Shown piece by piece: positions 60,865 to 64,000 of a stretch of 64,000 bases of DNA. Source of the stretch: an uncultured Spirochaetota bacterium (GTDB taxonomy: Bacteria; Spirochaetota; Spirochaetia; SZUA-6; Fen-1364); NCBI GenBank assembly GCA_963745235.1, contig CAVUXE010000037.1:1-64000 (forward strand). Direction: 5' to 3'. Within the stretch, counting starts at the first letter, position 1, and each line of letters starts with the position of its first letter. Both the position numbers and the translations under genes were made by a program. The notes beneath the pieces were generated by a model that did not search any database, had not been told where the DNA came from, and was given only the letters and a program-made list of their open reading frames with translations.

Positions 60865-62102
60865 TCCTTGTACTCCCTGAACACCACGATGGCGTTGTGG
60901 CCCCCGAAGCCCAGCGCATTGGACATTGCAGCTCGGATCCGTCCGCCGTAGCCCTTGTGCGGCACGTAGTCCAGGTCGCACTCCGGATCAGGGTTGTCCA
61001 GGTTGCGGGTGGGCGGGAAGAACTGGTCCTCCATGGCCTTCACCGTCACGATTGCCTCTATTCCACCCGCAGCCCCCAGCAGGTGGCCGGTCATGGACTT
61101 GGTGGATGACACCTTCAGCTTTTGCGCGTGCTCCTTGAAGACGGCCTTGATGACCCGGGTCTCGATGGGATCATTGATCTGGGTCGATGTCCCGTGCGCG
61201 TTGATGTAGTCTATCTCCTCGGGAGCAAGACCCGCGGACTGCAGGGCAATGAGCATGGCCTTGATTGCTCCTCGACCTTCGGGATGGGGAGCGGTGAGGT
61301 GGTTCGCGTCACAGGTGGCTCCGTAGCCCACCATCTCCGCGAGAATCCGCGCGCCCCGGGCGCGGGCATGCTCGAGCTCCTCCAGCACGAGGACCCCGGC
61401 TCCCTCCGCCATGATGAATCCGTCCCGGTCCCGATCGAAGGGACGGCTCGCCTTGTCCGGTTCATCGTTTCGCGTGCTGACCGCCTGCAGGGAGCAGAAG
61501 CCCGAGAAGCCCAGCCCCGTGAGCGGGGCCTCCGTGCCGCCCGCCAGCATCACGTCCGCGTCTCCGGAGAGTATCAGGCGCCAGGCGTCCCCCAGGGCGT
61601 CGTTCGACGAGGCGCACGCGGTGACAACGCACCGGCACGGCCCAAAGGCCTTGAACCGGATGGCCACGTTGCCCGGGGCCTCGTTGGCAATCATCATGGG
61701 CACAAACAGGGGATGCACTGATTTCGGACCCTTCTCGAAGATGCGACGGCACTGCGACTCCAGCGTCTCGATTCCGCCGATGCCGTTGCCCAGGACGATG
61801 CCGAAACGCTCGGGGTCCGTGTCTCCCACGGCGAGCTTTGCGTCGCTCATGGCTTCCAGGGAGGCCACCATGGCGAACTGCGTGAAGCGGTCCATGCGGC
61901 GCGCTTCCTTCGCCTCCAGGAGCTTCTCCGGAACGAAGTTCTTCACCTCTCCCGCCACCTTGGAGGAATACCCGTTGGACTCGAAGCGGGTGAGCTTGTC
62001 GATCCCGTTCTCTCCCGCCTTGATTGCCTTCCAGAAATCTTTCACGTTGTTGCCGAGGGGATTCACCGTCCCCATGCCGGTCACGACAACCCTTCTCTTC
62101 AT
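60861..62102 (-). CDS. fabF: Beta-ketoacyl-ACP synthase II
   Basis: RRVVVTGMG, TACASS, YINAHGTST, KSMTGHLLGAAG, GFGGHN. Confidence 0.96.
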   Translation of the reverse strand: MKRRVVVTGMGTVNPLGNNVKDFWKAIKAGENGIDKLTRFESNGYSSKVAGEVKNFVPEKLLEAKEARRMDRFTQFAMVASLEAMSDAKLAVGDTDPERFGIVLGNGIGGIETLESQCRRIFEKGPKSVHPLFVPMMIANEAPGNVAIRFKAFGPCRCVVTACASSNDALGDAWRLILSGDADVMLAGGTEAPLTGLGFSGFCSLQAVSTRNDEPDKASRPFDRDRDGFIMAEGAGVLVLEELEHARARGARILAEMVGYGATCDANHLTAPHPEGRGAIKAMLIALQSAGLAPEEIDYINAHGTSTQINDPIETRVIKAVFKEHAQKLKVSSTKSMTGHLLGAAGGIEAIVTVKAMEDQFFPPTRNLDNPDPECDLDYVPHKGYGGRIRAAMSNALGFGGHNAIVVFREYKD

Positions 62103-62116
62103 ACTGTCTCCTTGTA

Positions 62117-62857
62117 TTACATGCACAGCCCGCCATCAACGGGGAACACCTGCCCCGTGATGTACGCGGCCTTGTCGGAGGCAAGGAATGCCGCGAGCGC
62201 GGCCACGTCCTCCGGTACGCCGGGCCTCCCCAGGGGGATCTGAGAGAGCAGCGCTGAGCGCGCCTTCTCCGGGAGCGCCTTCGTCATATCGGTCTCCACA
62301 AAACCCGGCGCAATGGCGTTCACCCGAACCCCGCGGGAAGCAACTTCGCGGGCCAGGCTCTTGGAAAGGCCGATCAGTCCGGCCTTGGATGCCGAATAGT
62401 TGGTCTGTCCCGCGTTCCCCATGATTCCGGTCACGGAAGAGATATTCACGATGGAGCCGGCCCTCTGCTTGATCATGAAGCGGGCCAGGAGGCGCGACGC
62501 GAAGAATGCCGCCGTCAGGTTGGCGCTCAAGACCGCGTTCCAATCCGCGCTGGACATGCGGAAGATCAGCCCGTCCCGCGTGATGCCGGCATTGTTGACC
62601 AGGACTTCAATGGTCCCCGCTTCCGCAACGATCTTCTCCAGCGCGCCGACGATCTCTGGTTCCGCCGTGACGTCCGCCTGTCTCCAGACAAAAAGGCCGC
62701 CGTCACGGGCCAGGGCGGAAAGCTCCGCCGCGTTCTCCGGCTCCTTGCGGGACACGGCGTAGACGGTGGCTCCTTCCCGAAGGAACTCGCGCACGATGGC
62801 GTTCCCGATGCCGCGTGAGCCTCCCGTGACGATGGCTCTTTTCCCCTCGAGGAGCAT
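62117..62857 (-). CDS. fabG: 3-oxoacyl-ACP reductase
   Basis: TGGSRGIG, NNAGITRD, YSASKAG. Confidence 0.95.
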   Translation of the reverse strand: MLLEGKRAIVTGGSRGIGNAIVREFLREGATVYAVSRKEPENAAELSALARDGGLFVWRQADVTAEPEIVGALEKIVAEAGTIEVLVNNAGITRDGLIFRMSSADWNAVLSANLTAAFFASRLLARFMIKQRAGSIVNISSVTGIMGNAGQTNYSASKAGLIGLSKSLAREVASRGVRVNAIAPGFVETDMTKALPEKARSALLSQIPLGRPGVPEDVAALAAFLASDKAAYITGQVFPVDGGLCM

Positions 62858-63795
62858 CAATTTCCCCCTGCGGCCTTCGCGATGCTCTGGACGGTCCCTG
62901 CCGGATGGCAAACCGCCTCCGGCTGAAGCGCCCTCATCAGGCCAGTGAGCACCGTCCCCGGCCCGGTCTCGAAAAACCTGTCGAACCCGTCCGCGAAGAG
63001 GCTCTGCTCCACTCCGGCCCAGCGCACCGGTGATACCACCTGTTCTCCGCACAGGCGGCGGGCTTCGCTTCCGCTCGTGATGGCCCGGCCCGTCACGTTG
63101 GAATAGACAGGCACCCGCGGGTCGGAGAATGAGTACCCCGCCAGGGCTTCATCGAAAGCCCGGCGCGCCTCCTTCATGAGCGGTGAATGGAACGGACCGG
63201 AGACCGAAAGCCTCACGAACCGCCTGGCCCCGGCCTCTTTGAGGGCCTTTTCAGCCTCAGCGAGGCCCGCGGCGGTGCCTGAGACAACAACCTGCGAGGG
63301 GCTGTTGTGGTTGGCAAGAAAAACCCCCGCTCCTGCCAGTCCCCCCATGACCGCGGTGACCTTTTCAGAGGGGAGGCCGAGCACGGCCGCCATTCCCGGC
63401 GCGCCCGAGGCCGCATCAAGCGACCGGGCTGCCTTCTCCATGAACATACCGCGCATCTTCACGATTGGGAATACGTCCTGCAGGCTGATCACCCCCGCTT
63501 CGCACAGGGCGGCGTATTCGCCGAGGCTGAAGCCCGCGCAGCCCTGGAGAGCCATTCCGGCTTCCTGCAAGGCAAGGCTGGCCGCGAGGTTCGCCAGGGT
63601 GATTGCAATCTGCGTCTTGTCCGTTGCTTTCAGCTCGTCCTCATTGGATTCGAAGAGGAGCTTCTGTACATCGGCTTCCGATGCATCGGACGCCTTTGCA
63701 AAAAGCTCCTTCACCGAGGGGAGCCGTTCCCACAGATCTCTTGCCATGCCTGGATATTGGCTGCCCTGACCGGGGAAGAGAAAGCAGTTCTTCAT
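62857..63795 (-). CDS. fabD: ACP S-malonyltransferase
   Basis: FPGQGSQ, GFSLGEY, VSGPFHS, ETGPG. Confidence 0.95.
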   Translation of the reverse strand: MKNCFLFPGQGSQYPGMARDLWERLPSVKELFAKASDASEADVQKLLFESNEDELKATDKTQIAITLANLAASLALQEAGMALQGCAGFSLGEYAALCEAGVISLQDVFPIVKMRGMFMEKAARSLDAASGAPGMAAVLGLPSEKVTAVMGGLAGAGVFLANHNSPSQVVVSGTAAGLAEAEKALKEAGARRFVRLSVSGPFHSPLMKEARRAFDEALAGYSFSDPRVPVYSNVTGRAITSGSEARRLCGEQVVSPVRWAGVEQSLFADGFDRFFETGPGTVLTGLMRALQPEAVCHPAGTVQSIAKAAGGN

Positions 63796-64000
63796 GTAGC
63801 GGCAAAAATACCATGTAGGGGGATGGTGGTCAAGACGAGCCACTGAAACGCAGCTAATTATTTATGAGGATTGAAAATCGGTAAACATGATCGGATTAGA
63901 CTAGTATTTTCGGAAATTCCGCCTATTGACCCGATTTCTTGAATAAGATTACTATTTGGCGGAGCCCACAAATGCGAGCTGTCATTCAAGCTGTAGACTT

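Noticed and set aside
60861-63795. fabD-fabG-fabF without acpP as a novel polyketide-like locus
   Set aside because: The enzymes have ordinary FAS II motifs; acpP is often located elsewhere
1-64000. CRISPR array, rRNA or prophage
   Set aside because: No repeat-spacer series, rRNA-like stretch or phage structural genes were seen

Overview
GC-rich bacterial chromosomal segment. The gene style is suggestive of a free-living Spirochaetia-like anaerobe, but this is inference only. Many genes carry single-base frameshifts in G/C runs, which look like assembly indels. Core genes flank a tRNA-anchored accessory region at about 32.1-48.8 kb: MCPs, sensor kinases, a sugar-phosphate aldolase operon, RNase D, an SbcCD-like pair, glgX, proBA, a phytol kinase plus DUF92 pair, a GH16/ABC/ROK locus, ptb and fabDGF. 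The highlight is a ~5.6 kb integrase-less island bounded by a perfect 56-bp direct repeat of the tRNA-Leu(CAA) 3' half. It carries one operon: a radical SAM/SPASM enzyme read in frame into a twin-arginine, lipobox-bearing peptide with ten CXXX-spaced cysteines, then a CXXX-repeat radical SAM maturase, a second maturase, an accessory protein and its own TatA/TatC. This is a candidate self-contained system for making and Tat-exporting a modified Cys-rich lipopeptide. Downstream lies a mosaic of broken defence/TA genes and an IS5-like element with a divergent passenger gene. All family assignments come from motif recognition by eye and were not confirmed by database searches.
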